Part shown: in pieces, positions 9,418 to 21,697 of the stretch
Layout of the letters: each line of letters starts with the position of its first letter
Position numbering within the stretch: the first letter of the stretch is position 1
DNA from: Mobula hypostoma
Lineage: Eukaryota
Length of the DNA: 64,000 nucleotides
Assembly: GCF_963921235.1 (NCBI RefSeq)
Contig: NC_086097.1
Location: forward strand, 221,714,001-221,778,000
Reading direction: 5' to 3'
Notes under the pieces: model-generated
Seen by the model: the letters and a program-made list of their open reading frames with translations, nothing else
The model's database searches: none
What the model was told of the DNA's origin: nothing
Translations under genes and position numbers: made by a program

Positions 9418-11479
9418 GGTGACAGCAGGAAGAGCTAGTCTGCTTTCAACTTCGACAGCAGGCAGCCTGAAAAGTGGGATGGGTCCCTGGTTATGCTTCA
9501 TGAGTGGAAAGTATTTGATAACCACATAACTTTTCTTCCGGTGCTCCACAGCAAAGCTTTGTTTTGTCCACTGATGATTAAATGGTCTGGAGGGCAATCA
9601 AGGACTGGGGGAAGGAACAGCTACTCTCTACAGATTTCCTCAATCAACATGATTGAATTTTACAAAGAGCAGAGGAACCACAATGCATGGAACTTCTACA
9701 TCTTCCTTATAGAATGCAAAATATACAAAACAGCAAACACGTATTTAAATAGAATCACAGGTACATAAAAAAATATCCTATATGTTGAGCATTGATAATG
9801 TTTTGTTTTAAAATATTGCTTCTTTCCATTACCACATTTAACAGAATTATTAAAAAATGTGTGCAAGAAATGGGGATGGAATTTTCATCCCATGAAAATC
9901 CACACAACCAGACTGCATGATAAAATTCACAAATAATATTTTGAGCGTTATGAGCCTTGATAATAACTGCAGGTGGGAAATAAAAAGAATGCTGGCAGCC
10001 TAGGAGCACTTAAATATGGATCTCTTGCAAATCTTGCCCAAGTTAGCTGGAAGATGCATTCAAATTTTTCATGTGGTTTCCTGGCTACTGCCAGACAGTT
10101 TGAGAGGCTGGCTGGCTGTTAGCTAGTTGTGTAGCCTGCTGGGGAGCAGGGCAGAGGTGAGTTGGATATGGGAGATTGGGGATGAAGGGAGTTGGCAAAC
10201 TAAAATTCAATTATTTTAACCACCAACCTGTCCTCAACACATTTGTTGTTGGGTGTTTAAAGCATGACCACATGAGAAGTTTTACTAAGTGTTTCAGAAT
10301 AAAGGTATCTCATTTATTTTATTAATGCTGTAGACTTTTTTTCCAACAGATTTGTAAGGAAATATAGTTATTTTAATCATATATAATGCATGTTCATGGC
10401 ATTTAGTTTGTGGATCTCATAATAATCATTTGTAGATGCTTGAATCCTTAAAAAAACACTCAGCCATCATTAAAAAGAATGATTTCTTGCTCCTCCAGGA
10501 TTAATTTTCACTGACCTGGAATTCAGTATTTGCTTAACACAAACAGGGGGTTGCCTTGATCTTGTCTGCTTACACAAACAATAATGTGAAGTCCTCTTTC
10601 TAACTGAACCTACTGAGAATTAGCTGTATTAATCATTTTAAAGTCCATGAAGCAGCAGTTAAAATGTTATGTAGCATCACATTCTTATTGGATTCGCCAT
10701 AAATCTTACGATGAATAGATGAAATAGCTAAGTAAATAGTTAAGCATGTTTTCCAATTAATTTTTCTTGCTAAAGTTTGATTACAGGAAACTGAAGCACA
10801 GGTTTTATTCAATAGAAATGTAACTTTTTGTATTATGCCCCTTTAATTCAAAACATCTTATCGCCATTGTCCTGTGCTTACTGCACCGTTACCCTCAAGT
10901 GGACAACAGTAAAACTGCAAAAATAATCATTACATTTTAAAATTATTTGTTGTAAGAATAATGTAAAATATTTGATCATGTTATCATCATTTCTTTTGAT
11001 AGACCAGACGTTCGATTATATAAACCACAGCCTCAGATATCTGAGTAATCACCATTGTCACTGTTGTAATGTAGATAACACTGTAGTCTAATAGTGAACA
11101 ATAGGCTCATAAATACCAATGATTGAACAATCTGTTAAGTAATAATAATGGCTCCCAAGATAGGGGGTGTAGCCTTTGTTTTTCAGACCCTTGCTACTTT
11201 TGGAGGGTGGTGTTTGTAGACCAGGGGCAGGTTAGCAGAGGACCTTTATTCAGAAGACTTTTATTTAGTGTAAAGCTCATTCTCTCATAGGTTTCAATGA
11301 ATGGGTCAAGACGACTTGAAGCTTGGCTTTCAAATGTGCACAAGCACAAACATGTCTACTGCAGGCTGAAGACCCAGTTTCGAGTGACCTTGGTTATGGG
11401 GATGAAGTGAAGTTGGTTGAATACCACTAATTTGTTCTGTTGATCATCTTTATTCTAATGGGAAGCCTATTGCGTTGAC

Positions 11480-12040
11480 ATGCATTATGCAGTTAAAACA
11501 ATTGAGAAAAGTGCTGCAGTGAAGACACAGGTTGCTCAAAGAAGCCAGCAAGGTCCAGGAAGGCACTGGCAGAAGAGAACTTTCAACAAAGTTACAGCCA
11601 CATTGGAGAAGAGAAGGCTATACTTCAAGCCTTCGCAGACATCATTATTGTGATCAGCTTCAGGAAAGGAGAAAAGTTCCAAGTTCTCCCTACTATCTGC
11701 CACAGAGAAAAGTTCCGAGTTCTCCCTGCTATCCGCCAGGATCCTCCTCAGTCTCTTCCTCCCAGTGGCCAATACAATGCAGATTCTGCCCTTCCAGAGG
11801 CAAGAGAGATGTGAACTTCACTGATCACAAATACAGAAAAGAGCATCAGCATCTATTGACGGCCTTTTTAATTTCAAGAAAGCACTTGAATCTGTCAATT
11901 CAGAGGAAATGTGGAGTCAGGTTCTCAAAAGTAGATGGTTCAGACTTAGCCTGCACCCTTCATCTGCCACATCATGACATTCAGACATTAATCCTAAACA
12001 ATATCTGCAGCAAAACGAACATCATGTTGAGGCACAACAG
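11480..12040 (+). mobile_element. RTE-clade LINE remnant (RT region, degenerate)
   Basis: Frameshifted motifs AFADIIIVISFRKG, SLLSATEK, QCRFCPSRGKRDVNFT, KYRKEHQHL; contains a 36-bp tandem duplication (11669-11740). Confidence 0.7.
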
Positions 12041-12200
12041 ATTCTACAGTTGCTGGGAATCTTGAGAAACACACACAGAATGCTGGGGAAATTCTGCAAG
12101 CCAGGCAGCGTCTATGGAGGGAAATAAACAGCTGACATTTTGGGCTGAGGAAAAGAAGAATGTGGAAGGCAGAATAAGAAGGTGGAAGAAGCCAGAATAA
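12040..12200 (-). mobile_element. Penelope pseudo-LTR fragment
   Basis: ACACACAGAATGCTGGGGAAATTCTGCAAGCCAGGCAGCGTCTATGG..., homologous to the other pLTR copies. Confidence 0.65.
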
Positions 12201-13036
12201 GAATAGGTAGATTGGTGTTTACAAGTGTGCAGCCAAGTTCTGTAACTATCCTAGAGAGTAATTACACCAATAAATTGAATTTGATATTAACTCAACCATC
12301 AATAAAGTCAATAAAATTGTTATTTCCATCATTCTATCTTTCAAGATTTATTTAAAAACAATATATTAATCAAGGAGCAAAGTTTCAATGTTGCTCATTG
12401 AATAGGAAGGGAAAATTCCACACACGTGCAGACATCAAGGCTATAGGATCTGTGGAATAATTTTAAAATATAAATTAAAGGAAAAGCTATGGTGTGTTTA
12501 CCCCTCAACTATAGAGCTCTCAAACCAAAGGTGATAACTTCATTTCCCCATCATTGAAATGTTCCCACAACCTATGGACTCACTTTCAAGGACTCTTCAT
12601 CTCATGTTCTTGATATTTATTGCTTAATTATTTATTACTATTATTTCTTTCTTTTTTGTGTAGCAAAGTTTGTTGTCTTTGCATATCGGTTGAATGCCCG
12701 AGTTGGTGTGGTCTTTCATTGATTCTATTATGGTTATTATTCTATTATTCTATCGAGCATTAGATTTTGTTAGGAAGCTTCAGGTAAAGGAACCCTTTAG
12801 AGTCAGTGATCATAATATGATTGAATTCATACTGCAATTTGTGAGGGAGAAGAATAAGTCACATGTATTAGTACCACAATAGAGTAAAGGCGATACAGAG
12901 GCATGAGAGGGAAGCTTGCCCAGGTGGATTGGACAGGAATACTGGTGGGGATGATGGCAAAGCAGAGGTGGCTGAAGTTTCTGGGAATAGTTCACAAGGT
13001 GCAGGATAGATATGCCTCATATAAGAAGAAGTTCTC

Positions 13037-13420
13037 TTTCTTTCTTTATTAATCTTTTTATTGATTTTAAAAAAAGCATAAATATAATCAAGGGGAGAAT
13101 TAGTTCAAATATATATATCAGTAACAATATAAACCAAGATTAAGGTAGACATTGTCAAAATCATAGATATTGTTAAACTAGTATAAAATATATAATAAAA
13201 AATGAAAATAACAATTCTCCTCTTATCAGTTTATGAAGAGAAAGGAAAAAACATTGCGTTTTAAATGAAAAGAAAAAAAGAACCCACTACGCTATATAAA
13301 AAAAACAAAAAAAAAAAAGGGGGACTGGGCAGTCCATTTTGAGGATACGACCAAAAAAGAAAGAAAGAAAGACTTTCTGATCAAATCTAAAACTTGGAAA
13401 AAAAAAAGATTGAAAGAGTA
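13037..13420 (-). mobile_element. L1/Tx1-like 3' UTR insertion inside CR1
   Basis: Flanked by ATAAGAAGAAGTTCTC (13021) and ATAAGAAGTTGTTCTC (13421), a 14/16 match; ends in AATAAA plus an A-rich tail on the minus strand. Confidence 0.6.
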
Positions 13421-14867
13421 ATAAGAAGTTGTTCTCAAATGGCAGGGGCAGGTGACCATGGTTGACAAAGGAAGTTAAGGACTGCAGAAAAGCTAAGGAA
13501 ATTGAATATAACGTTTCAAAAGTGAGAGGAATTTGGATTATTGGGAAGTTTATAAAATCAAACAAAAGCAACTAAAAACCATAAGAACAGAAAAGATGAA
13601 ATATGATAAACTAGCTAATAATATAAAGCAAGACACCGAAAGTTTGTTCAGTTATATAAAGAGTAAAAGGGAAATGTGGGTTAATTGGACCACTGGAAAA
13701 TGACGCTGGTGAGGTAGTAATGGGGGACAAAGAAATGTTAGAAGAACTTAATAAGTACTTTGCATCAGTCTTCACTGTAGAAGACACTAGCAGTGTGCCA
13801 GAGGTCTATGAGTGTCAGAGAGCAGGAGTGAGTTCCATTGTTATTACAAAGGAAAAAGTGCTAGGCAAGCTCTAATGTCTTAAGGTGGATAAGTCACCTG
13901 GACCAGATGGACTACATCCCAGAATCCTGAGAGAGGTTGCTAAAAAGATAACAGATTCATTGGTCATAATCTTTCAAGAATCACTTGATTCTGGCATAGT
14001 TCTGGAGGACTGGAAAATTGCAAATGTCACTCCACCCTCTAAGAAGGGAGGAAGGCAAAAGAAAGGAAATTATAGGTCAGTTAGCCTAACCTCAGTGCTT
14101 GGGAAAGTGTTGGAGTCCATTGTTAAGGATGAGGTTTCGGGGTACTTGGAGACTAATGATAAAATAAGTCAAAGTCAGCATGGTTTCTGTGAAGGGAAAT
14201 CTTGCCTGACAAATGTGTTTTTCGAGGATGTAACAAGCAGGGTGGACAAAGCAGAGGCCATGGATGTCAATTACTTGGAGTTTCAGAAGGCATTGGTAAG
14301 TGCCACACATGAGGATGCTTAACAAGATAAAATTCTATGGCTTTACAGGAAAGATACTGGCATGGGTAGAGGAATGGCCGACAGCCAGAGGCAGCGAGTG
14401 GAAATAAAGGGGGGCTTTTTTGGTTGGCTGCCAGCGACTCGTGGTGTTCCTCAGGGGTCAGTATTGGGACCAGTAGTTTTCACATTGTTTGTCAGTGATT
14501 CAGATAATGGAATTGATGGCTTTGTGACAAAGCTTTCAGATGATATGAAGATAGGTGGGGGTGGTAGATTGTGCTGAGGAAGCAATGTGATTGCAGAGGA
14601 CTTAGACAAATAGGAAGAATGGGCAAAAAAGTGGCAGATGGAATACAGTGTTGGGAAATATATGACAGTGCATTTTGGTAAAAGGAACAATAGTGCGGAC
14701 TATTATCTAAATGGGAAGAAGGTTCAACCATCAGAGGTACAGAGGGTTTTAGGAGTCCTCATGCAAGACTCCCAGAGGTTAATTTGCAGGTTGAGTCTGT
14801 GATAAAGAAGGCAAATGCAATGTTGGCATTCAGTTCAAGGGGAATAGAATATAAAGACAAGGAGATA

Positions 14868-15611
14868 CAGGTTTCCCCCGCTATCCAAAAGTAGAGCATT
14901 CCTATGAAACCTTTTGTAAGCCGAAATGGCGTAAAGTGAAGAAGCAATTACCATTAATTTATATGGGTAAAATTTTTGAGCGTTCCCAGACCCAAAAAAT
15001 AACCTACTAAATCATACCAAATAACACATAAAACCTAAGATAACACTAACATATAGTAAAAGCAGGAACAACTTTGCTACGAGCAGAACCAATAGTAACA
15101 TCAGCAGCTTTGAAGGTTCTTGCTCTGTGTGTGTAAATAGTACGAATGGTGGATGCAGGCAAGGTCAATGCACGCACAATGTCTTCATTTCGTTCACCAC
15201 GATTGAAATGCTTAATTATGTCCAGTTTTATGCTAAGCGTAACACGAGCTCTCTTAGGCTTTTCTGATACCTTAGGACACATCTTGCTAACGGATACGCA
15301 AAATAAATTGAGATAAAGCACAGATGCTCACAGACACAGTTCAAAGCTATGGTGGCTTGATGCTGAGATGCTGAGTGTAGTTTCCAGGGAAGGAGCTTGG
15401 CGGCGCCACTCTCGCTGCTCGGGGTGTGTGGTGACTCTATAAGGGCTCGCTGCAAAACAAATGCTGAACGCTATTTTCGCTCTTCGCCTTTTTTGGTAAA
15501 AGCGAAAATCCTCTTCAGATTTCTTTCGGTTAGCGAAAACAGGTACTAATGTAGGTCTTTCATAAAAGTGAAGTGGCATAAAGCGAACTTTGAAAAAGCG
15601 GGAGGTACCTG
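14868..15611 (-). mobile_element. Tigger/pogo non-autonomous transposon inside CR1
   Basis: TA TSDs (14866-67, 15612-13), CAGGT...ACCTG termini, and ORF 15046-15321 with a CENP-B/psq HTH (TLSIKLDIIKHFNRGER...LTLPASTIRTI). Removing it restores CR1 KDKEIMLRLY. Confidence 0.88.
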
Positions 15612-16981
15612 TAATGCTGAGGCTTTATAGGACTAGATACGGTGGATGTGGAGAGGATGTTTCCTATGCTGGGAGTGTCCAGAACTAGAGGGCACAGCAT
15701 CAAAATTGGGGGGTGACCCTTTAGAACAGAAGCAAGAAGGAATTTTTTTTAGCCAGAGAATAGTGAATCTGTGGAATGCTCTGCCACAGCCAGCTGTGGA
15801 GGCCAAGACCGTGGATATATTTAAAGTGAAAATTGATAGTTTCCGGATTGAGGCATGAAAGGTTATGGGGTAAGGGATTGAGTGGGATCTGGAATGGTGG
15901 ATCAGACTTGACGGGCTGAGTGGCCTAATTCTGCTCCTATGTCTTATGGTCTTTGGTCTTATGAAGTATACCCGCAAGAAAATGGAATCTCAGGGTTGTA
16001 TATGCTGACATATATGTACTTTGATAATAAAGTTACTTTGAACTTTGAACCTTTTCCTGAAAGCGCATTATTAGATCACTGATGTCTAACACAAATCATG
16101 CCTTTTGTTATGATTATGTTATCTGTGTATGCATGGGTTATGACTCCTTCCAAGCACTTGCAATTAAATCACAATGAATGAGAAAATGCATGCATAACCA
16201 AGAAAAAAATGCCATGTTTGATTGGGCCAACACACCAATTTGTCAGTTCATAATCAAGCACTGAAAACACTGTACGCTCAGTATGTAATCAGCTTGATTC
16301 CTCTTTTAGAAAAAGTCCTAGTAGGCCCTGTTCAAAACAGTAGATTTACTATATCTTTTGTTAAACCTTTTGTTAAATAAAAGAACCATAATAGTGTGTA
16401 AAATAATAACCTGAATAGAAATAATAACACTGAAACCAGACGTAACAAATCTAATTTGAAATGGTTCAGCTTCATCCATTCAGGATCCTCCTTGTCTGCT
16501 CTAATTTGTTTCCGAGTTGGCACTTGAAGGACCCCCATGACAGATTACTCCTTTCCTCCCCCACCACTATTATCTGTGGCGAAACACTAGAATAAACATG
16601 GAGCCTCCTCTCCTTCCTGATCTTCTGTGAGCTTGGCTAGATCATATTTGTAATGACATTCACTCCCAAGAATTCAAAGCGTATCTTCCTGCCGGTAGGC
16701 ATCCACACTCTAGCATAAAATGGCTCTAACCACCCCTGAAGGTTAGCACCAACATCACCCTCACCCTTGCTGCGAAAGAATGAATCAATTTAGCAGTGTG
16801 AATGCTTCTGTCATCTTAATGAATTGGCAGATAATTTAAAAAATGCTGAGGAGAAAATTGTTGAAGCACGTAGATCAGAAGATCTACAGTTCAAAGCATT
16901 GTGGTTGCCATGCACCGATCAGTTTAGCATCAATTCTGAAAACTTGAGAAGGGACACAAATTCAGTCAGTTACCAATGTTC

Positions 16982-17085
16982 AAGCAACACGCATCAAAGT
17001 TGCTGGTGAACGCAGCAGGCCAGGCAGCATCTCTAGGAAGAGGTACAGTCGACGTTTCAGGCCGAGACCCTTCGCCAGGACTAAC
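16982..17085 (-). mobile_element. Short Penelope pseudo-LTR with hammerhead motif (core CTGGCGA, probably inactive)
   Basis: Minus strand AGTC-CTGGCGA-AGGGTCTCGGCCT-GAAA-CG-TC-GACT at 17047-17082; CAGTTACCAAT repeated in both flanks. Confidence 0.8.
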
Positions 17086-17864
17086 ACTTACCAATTAACA
17101 GTTACCAATATTATTGATCTAGCATTTGACTTATCAGATCATTGCCTCTAATTCACTTCATAAAAATAATAATCTTTATCGGAGAATGAAATGTCAGGTG
17201 GACTTGCGAAAATATGTTCAGTTCTCTTGTCCACCAGAGAAAGTATTTATGATTACAGAACTGAATCAACAAGGAAGATTGCTATTGCACCTAGGTATTG
17301 AATAAATAGCTAATGTACACCTTTTCAAGTTGGAGATTTCTAGAATTGAAGAGCTAATAGTCATGAACTGAAGACAATTACTATCAGGCCATCTTTTCTT
17401 CCTTCTTCTTTGGCAGTAACTCAGAATCAAGGATGATTTGCTACCACTCCAATTCTGTAGGCTCTCAGGTGACTGATGTGAGAACTCTAGACTCTTTCAC
17501 AAATGGGGCAGGATACAGCTGATCACGGCTAGGTGTGTCAGTAGCTGAAATGATTGTTTTTATTCTCCAGTATCTATGATCCCAGCAGTATCTTTGCCAT
17601 TTTGACTCAGTCGGCCAGACCACACTGTTGCCACTCATCCTAAGATAGTGCAGAATGAATCGGGCTTCTGATAATAAAATTGCTCAAAGTGAACCTGCTG
17701 GCCGACTTGTGTCCCCTGCTGCAGGAAGTTTGCAGTTTTCCATCATATGTGCTGAAGCTTCTGGACAAGCAGAGAGACCTGAGGATAGGCAAGGATATGT
17801 GGAAAACACGCAATAATGGTAATAAGAGTAGATGAGTAATTTGTAAAGTGGTGAGTATTCAGTT

Positions 17865-18077
17865 TTATTTATTTATTTAGCGATACAGCACAGTACAGGC
17901 CTTTCCAGCCCAGTTACACACATGTGACCAACTAATCTACCAACCTGTGAGCCTTTGTAATGTGGGAGGAAACCCATGTGGTAACGGGGACAACATGCAA
18001 AGTCCTTTCCGACAGCAGCAAAACTGCACCTAGATCACTAGCACTGTTATGGTGTTATACTAACCTCTGTGCTACCT
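17865..18077 (-). mobile_element. V-SINE (HE1-like), decayed
   Basis: V-domain-like TGTGGGAGGAAACCCATGTGGT...GCAAAGTCCTT, tRNA-like head at the right end, (TAAA)n tail. Confidence 0.7.
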
Positions 18078-18381
18078 ATGGCTGTTTATGTAGGGGTCCT
18101 GTGTAATTATGATGTATGGAGTACATATTCCTCAAAGAACGGAGATCAGAATTGAATAACCGCTGCACTACCCTGGTATCAGACATGCGAGCCACATGGC
18201 CTGGCCAGCATGGCTACTTGACTGTAACTAACACCTCACTGTTGTGGCTCCTGACCTAGGAGAGGACACTGGTGTTGGTTTGCTTATCTATCTGGTGAGC
18301 TTGGAGGACTTTGCAGAGGTGGTAGCAATTTAAAGAACAGTCATTTCACTCATCATAATAACTGCTGGTCAGTCAAGGTAA

Positions 18382-18695
18382 AGGCATCCGTTAGTCTTGC
18401 GAGACCATGGATCTGTGCCTGGAAAGTCTTCACTCTCCAGGGCGCAGGCCTGGGCAAGGTTGTATGGAAGACCAGCAGTTTCCCATGCTGCAAGTCTCTC
18501 CTCTCCACAACACCAGTGTTGTCCAAGGGAAGGGCATTAGGACCCATATAGCTTGGCACCAGTGTCGTCGCAGAGCAATGTGTGACTAAGTGCCTTGTTC
18601 AAGGACACAACACATTCCCTCGTCTGGGGCTCAAACTCACGACCTTCAGGTAGCTAGTCCAATTCCTTAACCATTTGGCCACGTGCACACATACA
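18382..18695 (-). mobile_element. tRNA-derived SINE, tail type A, 14-bp TSD
   Basis: A box TGGCCAAATGG and a degenerate B box on the minus strand; TSD GTCAGTCAAGGTAA at 18368-18381 and 18696-18709. Confidence 0.85.
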
Positions 18696-18976
18696 GTCAG
18701 TCAAGGTAATGAAATGGTAAAGGACTGGGAATACTGATCTTTGGACTACATGAACTGATAGATGGCGATAATAAAAAATTACTCCACAAAACACTTCTCA
18801 GTTTGACACTGGTATCTGAAGTAAAGATTCTAAGACAAGAATGAACACATTGAGTCAGAGAGAACTACAACACAGAGACAGGCCTTTCAGCCCATCTAGT
18901 TCATGCCAAATTGTTATTCTGCCTAGTCTCATTGACCTGCACCTGAACCACAGCCCACAATACCCCTCTCATCCAT

Positions 18977-20465
18977 GTGCTGATTAGGGATAGTCAGCAT
19001 GGCTTTGTCAAGGGCAGGTCGTGCCTTATGAGCCTGATTGAATTCTTTGAGGATGTAACAAAACACATTGATGAAGGTAGAGCAGTGGATGTAGTGTATA
19101 TGGATTTCAGTAAGGCATTTGATGAGGTTACCCTTGTAAGACTCCTTCAGAAAGTAAGGAGGCATGGGATCCAAGGAGACCTTGCTTTGTGGATCCAGAA
19201 TTGGCTTGCTCACAGAAGGCAAAGGGTGGTTGTAGTTGGTTCATATTCTGCATGGAGGTCGATCACCAGTGGTGTTCTGAAGGGATTTGTTCTGGGACCC
19301 CTCCTCTTTGCGATTTTTATAAATGACCTGGATGAAGAAGTAGAAGGGTGTGTTAGTAAGTTTGCTGATGACGCAAAGTTTGGGGGTGTTGTGGATAGTC
19401 TGGAGGGTTGTCAGAGACATCGATAGGATGCAGAACTGGGCTGAAAAGTGGCAGATGGACTTCAAACCAGATAAGTGTGAAGTCGTTCATTTTGGTAGGT
19501 CCAATTTGAAGGGGAATGTTGACTCAGTCCATAAGAGGCCTGTGTCGGGCATTTTCATGCCTTACAAGGTGCAGATTGGAAGTCTGTGTGGGGCACCACT
19601 CCTTGCACAGACAATAGAGCAATGTGTGATTAAGTGCCTTGCTCAAGGACACAAACATACTGCCACAGCTGAGGCTCGATCTAGCGACCTTGAGATCACT
19701 AGACGAACGCCTTAATCACTTGGCCACGTGCCCAACACATTTGAAGGTACCTCCAATTTGAAGGGCGAATATAATATAAATGGTAAGACTCTTGGCAGTG
19801 TGAAAGATTTTGGGGTCTGTGTCAATTGGACACAAAGCTGCTGCACAGGTTGACAGTGCTGTTAAGAAGGTGTATGGTGTGTTGGCATTCATCAACCGTG
19901 GGACTGAGTTCAAGAGCTGTGAGGTAATGTTACAGCTATATAAGACCTGGGTCAGACCCACTACAGGAAGGATGTGGATCCTATAGAGAGAGTGCAGAGG
20001 AGATTTACAAGGATGTTGCCTGGATTGAAGGGTGTACTTTATGAGAATAGGTTGAGTGAACTTGACCTTTTCTCCTTGGAGCGACGGAGGATGAGAGGTG
20101 TCCTGATTGAGGTGTATAATATGATGAGGGGCATTGATCGTGTGGATATCCAGAGGCTTTTTCCCAGGGCTGAAATGGCTAATATGAGGGTGGGGGCATA
20201 GTTTTAAGGTGCTTGGAAATAGGTACTGAGGGGGTGTCAAAGGTAAATTTTTCACACAGAGAATGATGGGTTGCACTGCCGGCGGTAGTAGTGGAAGAGG
20301 ATACAATAGGATCTTTTTAGAGCCTCTTAGATAGGTACATGGAACTGATTAAAAAAGAGGGCTATGTACTAGGGAAATTCTAGGCGGTCTCTAGAGTTGG
20401 TTACATGGTCGTCACAACACTGTGCTCTGAAAGTCCTGTAATATGCTGTAAATTTCTATGTTCTC
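18977..20465 (+). mobile_element. Decayed CR1 LINE (RT to 3' tail)
   Basis: SQHGFVKGRSCL...MDFSKAFD...FADD, ERVQRRFTRML; tail TTTCTATGTT; same family as 31780-34040. Confidence 0.92.
19514..19738 (-). mobile_element. tRNA-derived SINE, tail type B, inserted in CR1
   Basis: Head and core shared with 18382-18695; flanked by TCCAATTTGAAGGG (19500-19513, 19752-19765). Confidence 0.8.
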
Positions 20466-21697
20466 TGTCCTAGGTACTTATCCAAACTTCTCTTAAACGT
20501 TGAAATCAAACCAGCATTCATTACTTCCACTGGTCACTCATTCCACACTCTCACCACCCTCTATGAGAAAGCTCCCCCTCATGTTCCCCTTAAATATTTC
20601 ACCTTTCACCCTCATGTGAGAAATCTGTTCCTGGACTACAGTTCAGCATCCTACACCATAGTTCCATCCAGGCTTGACAAGAAGCTCAGAGACATTGGCC
20701 TTGACCCTGCCTTGTGCATCTGGATCCTGGACTTCCTGTTAGATTGCCAGCAGGTTGTAAAAGTGGGCTCCCTCACCTCCACCCCTCTGACTCTCAATAC
20801 AGGAGCCCCTCAGGGCTGTGTACTGAGTCCCCTCCTTTTCTCCCTGTATACCCATGACTGTATCGCCACCCACAGCTCCAACCTGCTAATTAAATTTGCT
20901 GACAACACTACATTGATTGGCCTTATCTCAAGTAATAACAAGGTGGCCTACAGGGAAGAAGTCATCTCTCTGACACGGTGGTGTCAAGAAAACAACCTCT
21001 CCCTCAATGTCGCAAAAGCAAAGGAGGTGGTTGTGGATTACAGGAGGAATGGAGATGGCTAACCCCCATCGACATCAATGGATCTTGGGTTGAGTAGGTA
21101 AACAGCTCCAAATTCCTTGGCACCCACATCACCGAGGGCCTCATGTGGTCTGCACACATCAGCAGTGTGGTGAAAAAGGCACAACAGTGCCTCTTTCATC
21201 TCAGACAGTTGAGGGAGTTTGTTATGGGCCTCCAGATCCTAAGAACTTTCTACAGGGGCACAATTGAGAGCATCCTGACTTGCTGCATCACTACCTGGTA
21301 TGGGAACTGCGCCTCCCTTAATTGCAGGACTCTGCAGAGAGTGGTGCGGACAGCCCAGCGCATCTGTAGTTGTGAACATCCCATAATTCAGGACACTTAC
21401 AAGGAGAGGTGTGTAAAAAGGGCCCATAGGATCATTGGGGACCCAAGTCATCCCAACCACAATCTATTCCAGCTGCTACCTTCCAGGAAGTGGTACCACA
21501 GCGTAAAAGCCAGGACCAACAGGCTCCAGTACAGCTTCTTCCATTCCACCAGGCCATCAGACTGATGAACTCATGCTGATTTGTGTACTCTATATTACAT
21601 TGACTGTTCTATTTATTATAAATTATTATAGATTACTATGATTGCACATTGCACATTTAGATGGAGATGTAACGTAAAGATTTTTACTCCTCATGTA

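Larger units (their letters stand above)
12760..15957 (+). mobile_element. Decayed CR1 LINE (EN end through 3' UTR)
   Basis: Fragments VSDHNMIEF, DKSPGPDGLHPRIL, QHGF, GVPQGSVLGP, FFSQRIVNLWNALP with many stops and frameshifts; tail (TCTTATGG)n. Confidence 0.92.
12510..16050 (+). mobile_element. Rex1/Babar-type LINE 3' UTR split by a CR1 insertion (pieces 12510-12755 and 15960-16050)
   Basis: Homologous to the minus-strand copy at 41100-41660; ends in AATAAA followed by (TTTGAAC)n. Confidence 0.65.

Noticed and set aside
9410..9529. Perfect plus-strand Kozak GCCACCATGG
   Set aside because: Overlaps the palindromic CACCATGGTG of the minus-strand start; the frame stops after 37 codons without a convincing donor.
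11532..12065. 177-aa ORF with a repeated RKVPSSP peptide as a host gene
   Set aside because: A mosaic of RTE RT frames plus a 36-bp tandem duplication.
18600..18695. tRNA gene
   Set aside because: A SINE head: A/B boxes only, no cloverleaf, continuous with the SINE body and TSD.
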